Positions 28,659 through 42,009 of a DNA stretch of 64,000 nucleotides are shown piece after piece. The translations under genes were made by a program, and so were the position numbers. Numbering within the stretch: position 1 is the stretch's first letter; the number at the start of each line of letters is the position of its first letter. This stretch comes from Eledone cirrhosa (taxonomy: Eukaryota): the NCBI GenBank assembly GCA_964016885.1, contig OZ024745.1, positions 83,018,001 through 83,082,000 of the forward strand, given 5' to 3'. A model generated the notes under the pieces. That model was not told the DNA's origin, did no database searches, and saw only the letters and a list, made by a program, of their open reading frames with translations.

Positions 28659-29008
28659 AAATCTATCTTCCGGCTTCTCTGGAGAATTGTAAAAGCACAT
28701 ATCGTGATATGCTTTTTCTATGAAAATCAGTAGTGGGCAGACTAATTTGCATAGAACGTGAGTCATTGTACGCTGGACACTCACTGTAAAGTGTCTAGTG
28801 AAAAACTCGTTACATGTACATATGTATACATGTGTGTATTTATATGCATACTAGTACTTCCGTATACATATGTAGATGTACACTTTAACTTAATTGTTTA
28901 AGCGCCAGTCATACAAAAGTGAGTTAGAAGCGAAACGAAATTTAATTTCGTTTCGTTATTTGTTTTTATCGTTTCTGCTGAACCGGCGCGTACAATGACT
29001 CACGTTCT

Positions 29009-29056
29009 ATGCAAATTAGTCTGCCCACTACTGATTTTCATAGAAAAAGCATATAA
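29009..29056 (+). promoter_or_regulatory. Putative snRNA-type promoter cassette (octamer, conserved TTTTCATA box, TATA)
   Basis: ATGCAAAT at 29009-29016 and TATAA at 29052-29056; same motifs and ~35-bp spacing in diverged family A (293-246, minus strand). Confidence 0.45.
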
Positions 29057-29102
29057 CGATATGTGCTTTTACAATTCTCCAGAGAAGCCGGAAGATAGGT
29101 TT

Positions 29103-29145
29103 ATATTGCTGATGAGATGTAATAACATCGAAACTAGTCCAATAT
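29103..29145 (+). ncRNA. Type I hammerhead ribozyme with extended, bulged stem I (29073-29168)
   Basis: ATATTG CTGATGA GATGT-AATA-ACATC GAAA CTAG TC CAATAT; flanking AGATAGG/CCTGTCT and TTCTCCAGAG/CTCTGGAGAA pairings. Confidence 0.9.
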
Positions 29146-29432
29146 TCCTGTCTGGCTCTCTGGAGAATAGAGGAAGTGTGTTTCCTTGAAAACTCGTATG
29201 ACTTTAAAACCCGGTTCGTCTGTTTGTTTACATACAGACTAGCTGGACACTCACTGTAAAGTGTCTAGTGAAAAACTCGGTACATGTACATATGTATACA
29301 TGTGTGTATTTATATGCATACTAGTACTTCCGTATACATATGTAGATGTACACTTTAACTTAATTGTTTAAGCGTCAGTCATACAAAAGTGAGTTAGAAG
29401 CGAAACGAAATTTAATTTCGTTTCGTTATTTG

Positions 29433-29501
<69 letters not shown>

Positions 29502-29608
29502 TATATATATATAATATATATATATATATATAATATATATATATATATATAATATATATATATATATATAATTATATATATATATAATATATATATATAT
29601 ATATAATA

Positions 29609-29671
<63 letters not shown>

Positions 29672-29771
29672 TTATTAAAATAACAGATTAAAGTTTAAGC
29701 AAAGAATCGCTGCTTTCACCCTTAACCTTATCGAGCCCTCTCTGAATTTTAGTCTTCAATTTTATTATTAT

Positions 29772-29777
<6 letters not shown>
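29672..29777. mobile_element. Family E (Naiad pLTR) scrap with inversion
   Basis: Matches 42098-42152 and 42550-42598. Confidence 0.7.
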
Positions 29778-29821
<44 letters not shown>

Positions 29822-31431
29822 CTTTATATGCTTGTAAATATATCTTTTGTCGTATTTTCCTCGACTCAAATTTCGAACTCCATTAATTTTTTTTATCAGA
29901 AACTGTCTAAACTCTCTTCAAACTCTACGAAGAAGTAAGCTAACAAATACTTTATCCACCGATTTGATATGACAGCTAGAGAACTTCAACTACTAATTTG
30001 CATAATTCTAGTGCTTACGGAAGTTGTTAATTCATGTATGTATATATTTTTTTTTAGATATATTTTTTCTTGGAAACTTGTCGTATTTACGTATGTCTCT
30101 GCAGATAGAAAATAGTAAGCTGTATGTATATAAATATGTATATATGTTCGTAGGTACGTATTTCAGTGCGTATCTTCATACGTGTGGGTGAAGGATCCAA
30201 ATATTGCAGCCATTTCTATAATTAAGGAACAATATTCTTTTCCACAAATCCAAGTTCAGTGATATTTTGGTTCAGGCAGGTTGGTATATATCCGGCAGCT
30301 CCAATGATAATAGGTGTGGAGCTGAATGTGTATTTTGGGTACTGAATTTGCAAACTTCACACCAATGGTATCCTTTTCTTTCATTTTTCTTACCACATAG
30401 ACAGAGCATATTTTTAACGTGTGGTCCTCATGTATGTATATATGTATATATGGAATGCTCAGCCACTTAAATGTTAATTTCGTAAACGTATAGTTCCGTT
30501 GATTAAACAAATGAAAAACACATCGTTGAAATAGATGGAAATTCATACCATCTCTTTTTCATTTTGTTTTTCTTTTGAAAGCAGTCTAGGACGTTTCCTG
30601 CTGTTAATGTTATTTTACTCATATTTAGCCCTAATCTATGACCGAAGCAGTGCCCAGCCATTATCAGCTCATCTTTCATTACATCATAGTACATTAATGA
30701 TTACATTATACTCCTCTTTAATCTTATATTTCTTGAACGGAGCGGGGTAAGATTTCAGATTGCTTTGGCTGTTGTGGTTAGGTGGTGGGTGCCATCATAC
30801 TTGTTTGATTACTCAATTAGAATATTTGAATATGCAACAGATGAACTGTCTCAGACAGATTGTTAAAGACGCACACACACCCACACACCCACGCACACGC
30901 ACACGCACACGCACACACAGACATATATATATACATACATGTGTGTGTGTGTGTGTATGTATGTATAAATGCGTGTATGTGTGAGTGTTTGTGTGCATCT
31001 GAGACTTAGCGGATGTTTATATGTCTACGTTGATGCGATTAATTAATGAAGCATATACCCTTCAGTGTGTCATTTAATCAATATTTCTTCTTTACAAAAG
31101 TTAAAGTAGAGCTGGAAAGTAATGTCAACAAGACTATTTAGCTTTCTAAGATAGTTTGGCATTTGTTGGAAATTATCTCGACCTCCATTGATGTTACATT
31201 TTCTTCTAGACCGCTGCGAAATGTTTATTGACTTTTGAATTTACCTGTTCCGTTGACTATCAGCCATCGGTCTTTACTCTCGGGTCCCAAATAATAGGCG
31301 GTGGGGTGAAATAAGTGGGGGATGGGTGTAAAAGCGTTGGTGTGTATAAAATCGGTAATTTTCCTGGTTTGTCTCTGTCGATTTACAAAAAAACAACATA
31401 ATTGCAAAACAAATAAAAAAACGAAGTATAC

Positions 31432-31489
<58 letters not shown>

Positions 31490-32432
31490 ATACAGAGTCG
31501 ATTCTTAGTAGAGTCTATTCTTCTCTATATTTATTTCCCGCTATCACTCTCCCTCCTTCTCAGGAAGAACTACCCAGGTTAGAAAAATGCCCAGGAAATG
31601 ACATCCCATTTCCACCAGGGGCTACGGATTACAAACTTACATGATATAAGTATTTAAATAAAGTTTAATGTACACTGCTTATGGTAAAATAACACCTAGC
31701 GCAACCAATCAATCTTTAGGTCTGAACACAGCCAATTTCTTCCAGATAAAGAGAGAAGTTAATAAAGCATGATAAAGGAAGAATCGTCCCAATATAATAC
31801 ACGGCAAAGTAGTTCTCATTTGAACTCAGAGTCAACTAAGACAGGACATATACCGAGGACTTAAATCTGACGCCCTAATGACTTCCCAATTTGCCGCCTT
31901 ACACTGTTTATGATTATATACTTATGTATACACACATATATACATACATATATATATATATACAAGGGGGGGTGTTTATGTATATATGTGTGTATACATA
32001 AGTATATAATCATAAACAGTGTAAGGCGGCAAATTGGGAAGTCATTAGGGCGTCAGATTTAAGTCCTCGGTATATGTCCTGTCTTAGTTGACTCTGAGTT
32101 CAAATGAGAACTACTTTGCCGTGTATTATATTGGGACGATTCTTCCTTTATCATGCTTTATTAATTTCTCTCTTTATCTGGAAGAAATTGGCTGTGTTCA
32201 GACCTAAAGATTGATTGGTTGCGCTAGGTGTTATTTTACCATAAGCAGTGTACATTAAACTTTATTTAAATACTTATATCATGTAAGTTTGTAATCCGTA
32301 GCCCCTGGTGGAAATGGGATGTCATTTCCTGGGCATTTTTCTAACCTGGGTAGTTCTTCCTGAGAAGGAGGGAGAGTGATAGCGGGAAATAAATATAGAG
32401 AAGAATAGACTCTACTAAGAATCAACTCTGTA
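31490..32432. repeat. Near-perfect inverted duplication (~455-bp arms, ~30-bp spacer)
   Basis: 31490-31945 vs 31975-32432, very few mismatches; includes a degenerate SINE. Confidence 0.9.
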
Positions 32433-32789
32433 TTTTTATCGACTTCGAAAGGATGAAAGGCAAAGTTGACCTCGGTGGGATTTGAACCCAGAATGCAAAG
32501 AACCTGAACTGATATCGTAAAGTATTCTATCCGACCTTTTAACCCATAATTTATGGTATACAATATTAAAAATTAAATTAGGAACAGGAAACGAAAATTA
32601 AAAGAAAAAAATGATGAAAAACAGGAGAGAAAGTTATTATTTTCATTTTAATGACCAGATTTTTAATGACATAAAACCAAATTAATTTTTATACCTTTGC
32701 AATGGAAAATATTGTAATAATGTGATACTATATTGCTTCATGTAAGAGTATAAAATCATGTCTGAAACATTTATTACGAGATATACCAA

Positions 32790-33008
32790 CAATGGTTTCT
32801 GATTTAGGCCTAAGTCCAGTCCTTTAAAGGGAAGAGGAATGTATATTAAATTGGCCCTAGTGCGTTACAGGTACTTTATTTTATCGACTCCATATGGGTG
32901 AAAGCAAAGCTAATTTCGTCGAGGTTTGAATTAAGAACGTAAAGGGACGAAACTATATGCCACAAAGCATGGTGTCCGACGCTCTAATAGTGCCAAATCA
33001 CCTCCCTC
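32790..33008 (-). mobile_element. tRNA-derived SINE (Octopus-type)
   Basis: Reverse complement of the family at 38963-39146; another degenerate copy at ~32430-32540. Confidence 0.7.
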
Positions 33009-33174
33009 GTGACATATCAATAACATGCCTTCTTTTATACACGAACCAAATCTTTTAAACATAGAATTATAGAAATATTCGAAAAGATAACTACTGTTGG
33101 AATTTTGATTTCTAACATTGAAACCATTTTTAAATAGAATAAAGTCGAGTTTCCGAGTATTGCTGACCAGCAGG

Positions 33175-33763
33175 TTTTTTGTCGAGCACCTTCTGTCACG
33201 TGCAAGACGGATCAACTATCAACTGAGTCCCTTGTGAAGATTACCTCACCGCCTTCCTTTAGAGAAGGACTGACAGTTTTTATCTGCCTGGTGGCCATGG
33301 CAAAAGAGGTCGTGTGGTGGATGTGTTTGACAGGATTGAAGACGGCCACTTTCCTCTACGGTGACACCCTGATTAACTTTTTCAGGTTTCACTTGAAGAT
33401 GACAAATCAGGGCGGAGAGGAAAGAGTGGCCTTCCAACCAGTTTGTTGAAAGGTGGGTGAGGGTGGTGAGTATGAGCCGTGTGAATTGGCCTGCCTTGAG
33501 CATACGCCTGTAGATTGGAGGAAAACAACTGGGACAGGCCTCTTTGCCCTAGCGGACATGGTGACCTTGGATTCTGTGGGATTTCTCCACGAGTGACCCT
33601 TGGAATCTTCTCACCTTTGCGGAATTTGTTATATTTGTTTTTTAAATGTTTATTTTCTTAGTCTCTGTGATAAATCTTATTTTACACAAAAACCCTCAAT
33701 GTTTCGTATTGTAGCGTTTTAAATGTTTCCTCAATATGAGCCCTGTATGGTTAATAAAGAAAT
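33175..33763 (+). mobile_element. 5'-truncated Tx1-clade LINE 3' end
   Basis: VFICLVAMAKEVVWW..LINFFRFHLK matches 58559-58860; ends GGTTAATAAAGAAAT. Confidence 0.85.
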
Positions 33764-33764
33764 T

Positions 33765-33983
33765 TGCAGTATCGGTAGAGTGCTGGATACTCTGCAGCTT
33801 TGCAGCGTGGAGTTACGGCCCTCTACGTTCTGATTTCAAATTCCGCCGAGCTTGGCTTTGCCTTTCATTCTTACAGGGTCGATAAAATAAAGCTCTATTA
33901 ATGCACTGGGGTCGATTTAATCGACTTTCCCCTCCCCCCAAATTACTGGGCTTGTGCCTATATAAGAAACCATTATTATTATG
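33765..33983 (+). mobile_element. tRNA-derived SINE
   Basis: B-box-like TTCAAATTCC, GCCTTTCAT..GGGTCGATAAAATAAAG body and (ATT)n tail; further copies at ~34525-34685, ~35410-35620 and ~7190-7300. Confidence 0.75.
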
Positions 33984-36900
33984 TTATTTTTGCCGCATGT
34001 GCATGTCGTACGGTACATGCACGGTACACACTTTTATATATAAGTCACATTCTGACCGACACTAAACTCACACGTGTGTTCTTCACATAAAATTTGTTTT
34101 TCAGCCTCTTTCTTTTCACACTCTCGTCTATTTTATTTATTCTATCTCTCAGTCTATTTTCCGATGAAGGACTTGCGTATCAAACGTTAAACTATATATT
34201 TATATTGTATTGTTTCCTTGCGACGTTTATCCCCGTTCACGTTATATGTATATGACTCTGCATGTACGTAAAAATATATGCAGGTGAGTATGTATAGATA
34301 TGGATGCATACAAGAATGTACGTCGTATGGAACTTTAATCGAGTAATGTATTTAAAACAAACTTATTCTAATGATTAAAGCAAAAGAAGTAATTCTGTTT
34401 CTTTTTTGTAGGAAATGTATTTTTAATTTATGTTTGGGATAACAGTTGTCTATAAGAAAATATATATGTAATTATTTCGAAACTCAAACTCAATTGATGT
34501 TTTTTGCGGTATCAGTATGCACAAGGCGGTGAATTGGCAAAGCGCTTAGAACGTTGGATAGAATGCTTTGTGGTATTCGTTTCGGCTCTCTTCTCTCTGA
34601 GTTCAAATCCTGCCGGTGTCAACTTTGACTTTCATCCATTTGATGTCGATAAAACCAGTACGAGTCTAATACTGGAGTCGATTCTCCCTCTATATCTATC
34701 TCTCACTTTCGTTCTCTCAATCTTTATCCTTCCCCAGAAGAAATCTGCTTTGTTCAGACTTTGAGAGGAGATGGGCTCCGCCAGGTTTTAAAAGTGGTAT
34801 AGAAACGCCATATGTCAACGCGGCGCTCCTGGGACTCCCTCGGGAGTGCGGGACTTTACGTACATACATGTGTGACATGTTCGTTTCAAAAACTTCTAAC
34901 AGTATAATCATTAACTTCATGAAGATTAGAATAGTCGGCGAAATATTTTGTGTTGCTATGCTGTGTGTCATTAGAAAATCAGATGTTGGTCAACTGCTCA
35001 GCTTCTGTGTTACTTTAATCATATGACAGTTAAGTGAGATTTGACTGTGGTTTTACCGAACGTGATTTGTTTCTCGTTTCCAATACCAGGGAAATCAACA
35101 GATTTTTAACTACTTTCTGGTGTTCCACTGTATCTAGCCATTTTGTTGAAATATGAGATAGAAATGTAGACTCTCGCCTTGGATACTTAGGGAAAATTAT
35201 CGGAGCACGTTGCTGAGAAATGTTGAATTATACGTATTCATGCTATATCGACCGCTCTGTCAAACATTATTTCGATAATGCCTTCAGTCAGATAAATTTG
35301 TTTGGGCTACTGGAAACAAAATGTTTTTTTTTTCTTTTTGCTTGTTTCTTTTCTTTTACAGAATCTCCACGGTGTATTTAATATTATTGCGGGGAATGCT
35401 AGAGCGTTTCATTGGCAGTATCGGTAGAGCATCGGACAACATGCTCTGTGGCATAGAGTTACATCCATGTAGGTTATGTGTTCAAATACCTTCGATGTTA
35501 TCTCTGCCCTTCATTCTAACAGGGTCGATAAAATAAAGTACCAGTAATACACTGAGGTCAATTTATTCGACTTTCCTCTTCCTCAAAAGGGTTGGCCTTG
35601 TTCTTGAGTCAGAAACCAATATTGCAGAGAATGCTGACTTCATCCAGCGACGTGCCTTATGTTTTTTGGCAAATGTGCAGAACATTTTAAGGTTGATTAT
35701 AATTTTCTCAATCGCTCACTTCCCTATGCACTCCTTTCATTTTATGCTATAATTTGTATGCTATTCTGGAAATGATGTGTTTTTGAGTTAAACGTTGTTA
35801 TTATTGCCAGTTGAGAGTGATGCTTCTGATAGTATTTTAGTTTATTAATGATGTTTTAAGGGATTCTTCTCATTTTATTCTCGTATTTTTTTAGTGTCTG
35901 GCTTGAGCATATATTAGCAACAATCTCCTCACATATGTGTGAATTAACTGCGTGTGAGACAGCAAGTCGATTAGCTATAGGCAATATATAATTGATCTCC
36001 GGTTTAATTTCACCTGATCCATATCACCAATATGAATTAGCATGTTTGTTTTACTCTTGGAAATATGGAAGCTAAGGTTCTACCAGTAACATATATCAAC
36101 CAAATAGAATGGCATTACCAAATGAAAGCTATTAAGTCTTGTTCGCTGAAGCTCAAATTGTGCCATTTTGGTAAACAATTTCGTTTCTGATTCGTAGTCT
36201 GGTTATAAGTTAAAACAAGGTGGTTCCTCATTATTTGTAGGCGACTCTATATAAAGCAGGTTAAAAATACTTATCATAAATAGACTGTCTGCATTATTAA
36301 CTTTCTCATGAAACTCATGGAAGAACTCCAGAGACACCTGTGGTTGACCGTGAACCGTAGAGTCCAATTATATTTGATTACTTAATACATGTTTCTGTTT
36401 GTGAATGTGGTTAGTAATTGTAACGAGATAAATATTGGTTGTATCTCCAATCTATTTAATAAACATACCGATTTTGTTTAGGACATTAGTTTTGGGGCTG
36501 AAGCGTCACAGTTTTGCAGTGACCAAAGGAAATTATATCTTTTGCATCTGTGATAGTAAAGGAGATATGGAGCCACCAAATAAATGTTGTGCACATATTG
36601 TTTTCTTCAGAAATTCAACAATTTACCAGAGTATATGTTTTAAACTCCCAGTTGGTTATTATTAAAACCAACCGGGAGTTTAAAACATATATTCCTCACG
36701 TAACACCAAGGATCATTACGCAAGCATTGAAACATTTAATTGTCAATTTGCTATCAGAGGAAAACTTCTCCGACAATATAGTTGAGGAATTGAAAAATTA
36801 GTCAAATTTAATAACATAAGCACCTGTGCACGCGCGCACACACACACAAACACATGTATGCACAAACATATGTATGCACACAGACACACACACACACACA

Positions 36901-37735
36901 CACACACACATCATATATATTTGTCCACATTTTGTCTAAAAAAGTAATTTATCCGATTTTAAAAGCTATTATCTATAGCAATCGACTGTGATTACAGTTA
37001 TTTCCTGCGTCAGAAATTCCTACGTGTTTGTTTGAATTTCATAACTACTCAGCGCCTCATTCCCTTTTTGCTCTCCATCTTTCGAGGGACTATATCATTT
37101 TATTCTCGGTTAGTAAGAAGCATATTTTTCCATAGGTTTCTGACGCGTTTATTGATTTTTCATTGAAGCCTTTTGATATTTATTTCATCAGAATATCTCT
37201 ATCATTGAAAATTATATTTAAATTTACCTTACATTCTCTGATACATTTAAAGCATATAACCTGCATCGTAAACATAGTTTTCTTTAAATGCCGTAAGATG
37301 ATGTACATATATATCAGACATCAATATTGTTTTAATGTGTCTTCCTAACCTAAATGTTAATGAGCCGTTGGAAAGATTACGGGGGACAGAATTTGCGAAA
37401 TTTAATGACGTTATAAGTTATAAACTGTTTATTTTGTCCTTGAGTAAGACAACTTATTTCATGTCGTTTCAGGACTTTCAGCTGTCAAAAATAAATTGTA
37501 CATATAACTCAAGCGGCTAGCCTTGACACACATTGAGTGTGTCAAGACACGTGTGTACGTGTCTTTAGAATGCTCAGCCACTTACACGTTAATTTCAGGA
37601 GCAGCTGGAACCGTTGATTGAACCAGGTGGAACACTTGTCGTCGGAAATTTCGTATATCCAACAACAACTCACACGCACACACTTAGACACACAGATATA
37701 TACGTATTATATATCATATACAATCTCCTTCTCTC

Positions 37736-38415
<680 letters not shown>

Positions 38416-38962
38416 ATTACGATAAATGAAATGTATTTGTAATGTCACTGATTGTAAACATTGAATTTAAAACGCTATATTAAATATATATTCTTGAAGG
38501 ATGGTACAGTTATAATATTTTCATCATAAATAATTACATAATTTCATAACCTAATATTTAAATTGATAAAAGCATATGGCAATTGATCATGGCATTGTAA
38601 GATGAAGTGAGAGTGAAAAGGGCGGTAGGGTGTGTACGGAGAGTGGAGAAATGTATGAAACAGAATGGAACGGAATGAAGGAAAAAGGATGCATGGAATC
38701 AATAAGAGAGAAAGGGAAAAATAAAACCAAACGAAAGAGAAGCTATTAGTTTACCATCAATTTCTCTAAAAGTGTCCAGTTTCGTTGGTTTCTATCTCTG
38801 TCAATGATTTTTTCCATTTAAACGAGTTGATCTTTGTCTCATCAGAATGTTGCTGTCACTGGGGATTAGATTTATGCGAACCGTGTATATCTGACACACA
38901 TTATGCGAACCGTGTATATCTGACACACATTTCATGCACATAGCTTGCATTATTGACATAAA

Positions 38963-39146
38963 GGCGGTGGATTGGCAGTATCGGTAGAGGGTCGGACGCC
39001 ATGCTTTCCAGCATAGTTACGTCCCTTTACGATCTGAGTTCAAATCCCGCCGAGGTTGACTTTGCCTTTCATCCTTACGGGGTCGATAAAATAAAGTACC
39101 AGTAATGCACTGGTTAATTGCTGGCCTTGTGCTTAAAGTAGAGACA
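38963..39146 (+). mobile_element. tRNA-derived SINE with 14-bp TSD
   Basis: A-box TGGCAGTATCGG, B-box GAGTTCAAATCCC; TSD ATTATTGACATAAA at 38949-38962 and 39147-39160. Confidence 0.9.
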
Positions 39147-39403
39147 ATTATTGACATAAATTACTTTAATTACATTCTCTTCTCATATATATATATATAT
39201 AGAGAGAGAGAGGGGGGTGAGATAGATAGAGAGAGAGAGAGAGAGAGATACTGTGAAGGATTTCAGGCTTATACTCTTTGTCAGTCCCTTCCGGACATGG
39301 GGCTTGTGACTATTCCGAGATTTAGAGCGGACAAGGTTTAGGTTTCCGCGGGAGTTGCTAGGTTACAGTTTATTCCTTGTTTGTACACTGTGAATTAAAT
39401 AAT

Positions 39404-39589
39404 TGTTTCTACTTTAGGCACAAGGCCAGTAATTACCCAGTACATTACTGGTACTTTATTATATCGACCCCGTCAGGATGAAAGGCAAAGTTAACCTCGG
39501 CGGGATTTGAACTCAAACCGTAAAGGGACGTAACTATGCTAGAAAGGATGGCGTCCAACCCTCTACCGATACTGCCAATTCACCGCCCT
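39404..39589 (-). mobile_element. tRNA-derived SINE with ~16-bp TSD
   Basis: Same family, inverted; CTGT(G/A)AATTAAATAAT at 39388-39403 and 39590-39605. Confidence 0.9.
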
Positions 39590-39819
39590 CTGTAAATTAA
39601 ATAATGATATTTTAAGAGAATAAAGTTATACACATCAGTATTTGGTAGATGCATAGCTGCTAATCAGTACTGATGGTTCGACATCCGCTCTTAAGGGTGG
39701 GTGTTAGATTCCAGTTAGCGCATTGCGTCTTTCAGCAAGACAATATTTCATGTTACATCAGTTTACTCAGCAAACAATCATGTAGTTCAAAGGGTTCCAA
39801 TCTTACTTTTTATTACATC

Positions 39820-39965
39820 ATGCCGAGTCTGCTTGCGGTTTCGATAACGGTACATGTGTCTGTAGAATGCTCAGTCACTTACACTTTAATTTCGCGAGCT
39901 TAATGTTCTGTTGATCAAACAACTGAAACACACGTCATCGGAACCGATGGATCTCCAGCAACCAC
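39820..39965 (+). mobile_element. 3' part of a second interspersed SINE-like repeat
   Basis: GAATGCTCAG.CACTTA...TTAATTTC..CCGTTGAT recurs at 30450-30505 and 37560-37670. Confidence 0.55.
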
Positions 39966-40031
39966 TCACACAGACAGATACAGCCAATCACACACAGACA
40001 CAGACACCCACACGCATTCACAAATACACAT

Positions 40032-40079
<48 letters not shown>

Positions 40080-40277
40080 CATGCGTGTGTGTGTTAAAAG
40101 TAATGAGAAATAACAAAGCAAACGACACAATACAATGAAGAAATATATTAGTTTAACGCTCAAAAGAGCAGGAATATACTTACAAGAATGAAGTGTAGAG
40201 ACTTTCATTTATTTCTCCATACACGTTGCTCCAGATTATTCAGCTGAAAAGGTGTACCACCAATAGCTGGGTTTTCA

Positions 40278-40385
40278 ACCATGCGATGGATTGGCATCCT
40301 GTCCAAGGAGGAGGCTTGTACTCTCAGACGCTTAATGGCATGGAAACTGAGATAAGAACCGGCATCATGAGCCTCCGAACTCGAG
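40278..40385 (+). mobile_element. Ancient SINE conserved-domain remnant
   Basis: TGCGATGGATTGGCATCCTGTCCA..GAAACTGAGATAAG..CCGGC resembles widespread metazoan SINE central/3' domains (recalled, not searched). Confidence 0.4.
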
Positions 40386-40669
40386 ATAGATGTTAGACAT
40401 TTTTAGAAACAAGGAACACAAGACATTATCGTTTTGCACTTCAGTGATTTTTGTGTTTCTCATGGGGAGACAAAACTTTCTGAAATGCAAAAGGATAATC
40501 TCTTATGTAATAGTTGCATTTCTTAACATTTCACATTTCATTTTTATATTCACAGCAAAGGTTTCTGTTTTAAAATGCCTGTTTTAATACAAAATGATGA
40601 AATATACATGGAAAAATATTCATATGCATATATCGTGCATACATACGTACCTATATATATATAGCTATA

Positions 40670-41000
40670 TCGTCAGGGTTAAACATTTTCCTATTACCCT
40701 AAGTATTGAGTACTCTGGTGCGTTACGGTCCATCTGGTTCCTTACCACACTTCCTTCGTTATATATATATATATGTATAGTAATAATAATAAATTTGAAG
40801 ACTAAAATCCAAAGAGGGCTCGATAAGGATAAATATATATCAGATGTATAAGAACCGTAGAGCAAATATTTATTAAAATAACAGATTAAAGTTTAAGCAA
40901 AGAATCGGTGCTTTCCCCCTTAACGGGATCTTCTGAAGAACCCGTTAAGGGTGAAAGCAGCGATTCTTTGCTTAAACTTTAATCTGTTATTTTAATAAAT
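40670..41000. mobile_element. Family D fragment (40670-40761) tail-to-tail with a family E fold-back (40778-41000)
   Basis: Direct matches to 11483-11584 and 42006-42165; separated by (TA)n. Confidence 0.75.
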
Positions 41001-41267
41001 ATATACATATATATATTTCAATTTAGTAGTCAAATACAATTATTAAGCTCTAAGAAAATACTTCTGAGCATTACATTACAATTTTAAAAAATATGATGAA
41101 CACTAATGTGTTTTTTTTTGCAAAAAAAAAAAAAAAAAAAAAAATTATTGTCACTTTGCAAAAAAAAACACATTAGTGTTCATCATATTTTTTAAAATTG
41201 TAATGTTACATATATATATATATATATATATATATGCATACATGCATACACACACACATACATATAT

Positions 41268-41313
<46 letters not shown>

Positions 41314-41318
41314 ACATG

Positions 41319-41412
<94 letters not shown>

Positions 41413-41559
41413 TAGATAGATAGAGAGAATGAGAGTGATTTATATATGTATATTATATATATATATATATGTTATATATGAGTGTGTATATATCTATATA
41501 TACCTGTTCCACGGGAAATGTCATATTTTCTTGAGTAGTATTTATCATCTCAGACTTAA

Positions 41560-41730
41560 TGTTTTGGACTAATGTGCGTGAGATGAAGTGACGAGCAACA
41601 GACGATGTAATGCTGTTTAAGCTGCTGTCTGTTAGATATTCAGTGAAACTGTCTGAGAAACTGCCGCTAATCTCGCCAATGTATATGGGATCACAGTAAA
41701 TCACTTAAGACGATAACCGTTATTTCTTGT
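41560..41730 (-). pseudogene. Degenerate PLE GIY-YIG endonuclease remnant
   Basis: C.PIYIGE....SD.F.E......SSVARHF. Confidence 0.55.
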
Positions 41731-41932
41731 GATATAGGTAAGTTCTTCTTCGCACACTTATTCTTGAGAGTGTCGTGGGGGAAGAATATACAAACGCTTC
41801 TTCCAGCGGGTCTTGTCAGAAGAAACCGGCTCCATATATACATACATATACACACACATAGATACACACACACACACATACACACACATACACACACATG
41901 CACACACATACACACACATGCACACACATACA

Positions 41933-42005
<73 letters not shown>

Positions 42006-42009
<4 letters not shown>

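Larger units (their letters stand above)
27921..29437. mobile_element. Retrozyme-like array: 470-bp unit, ~1.8 copies on minus (27921-28771) joined head-to-head to ~1.4 copies on plus (28772-29437), in (TA)n
   Basis: Exact 470-bp period (28772 vs 29242; 28146 vs 28616); near-identical units; three HHRs; no RT or endonuclease coding. Confidence 0.85.

Noticed and set aside
28995-29189. 64-aa ORF MTHVLCKLV... present three times
   Set aside because: Repetition reflects the 470-bp unit; it overlaps the promoter-like cassette and HHR and is not preserved in related family A
27921-29437. CRISPR-like array or TIR DNA transposon/MITE
   Set aside because: No short repeat-unique spacer pattern; arms are unequal permuted multimers with HHRs, as expected for PLE-type insertion
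38963-39050. tRNA gene
   Set aside because: A and B boxes are present but continue into the SINE body with tail and TSD; no cloverleaf
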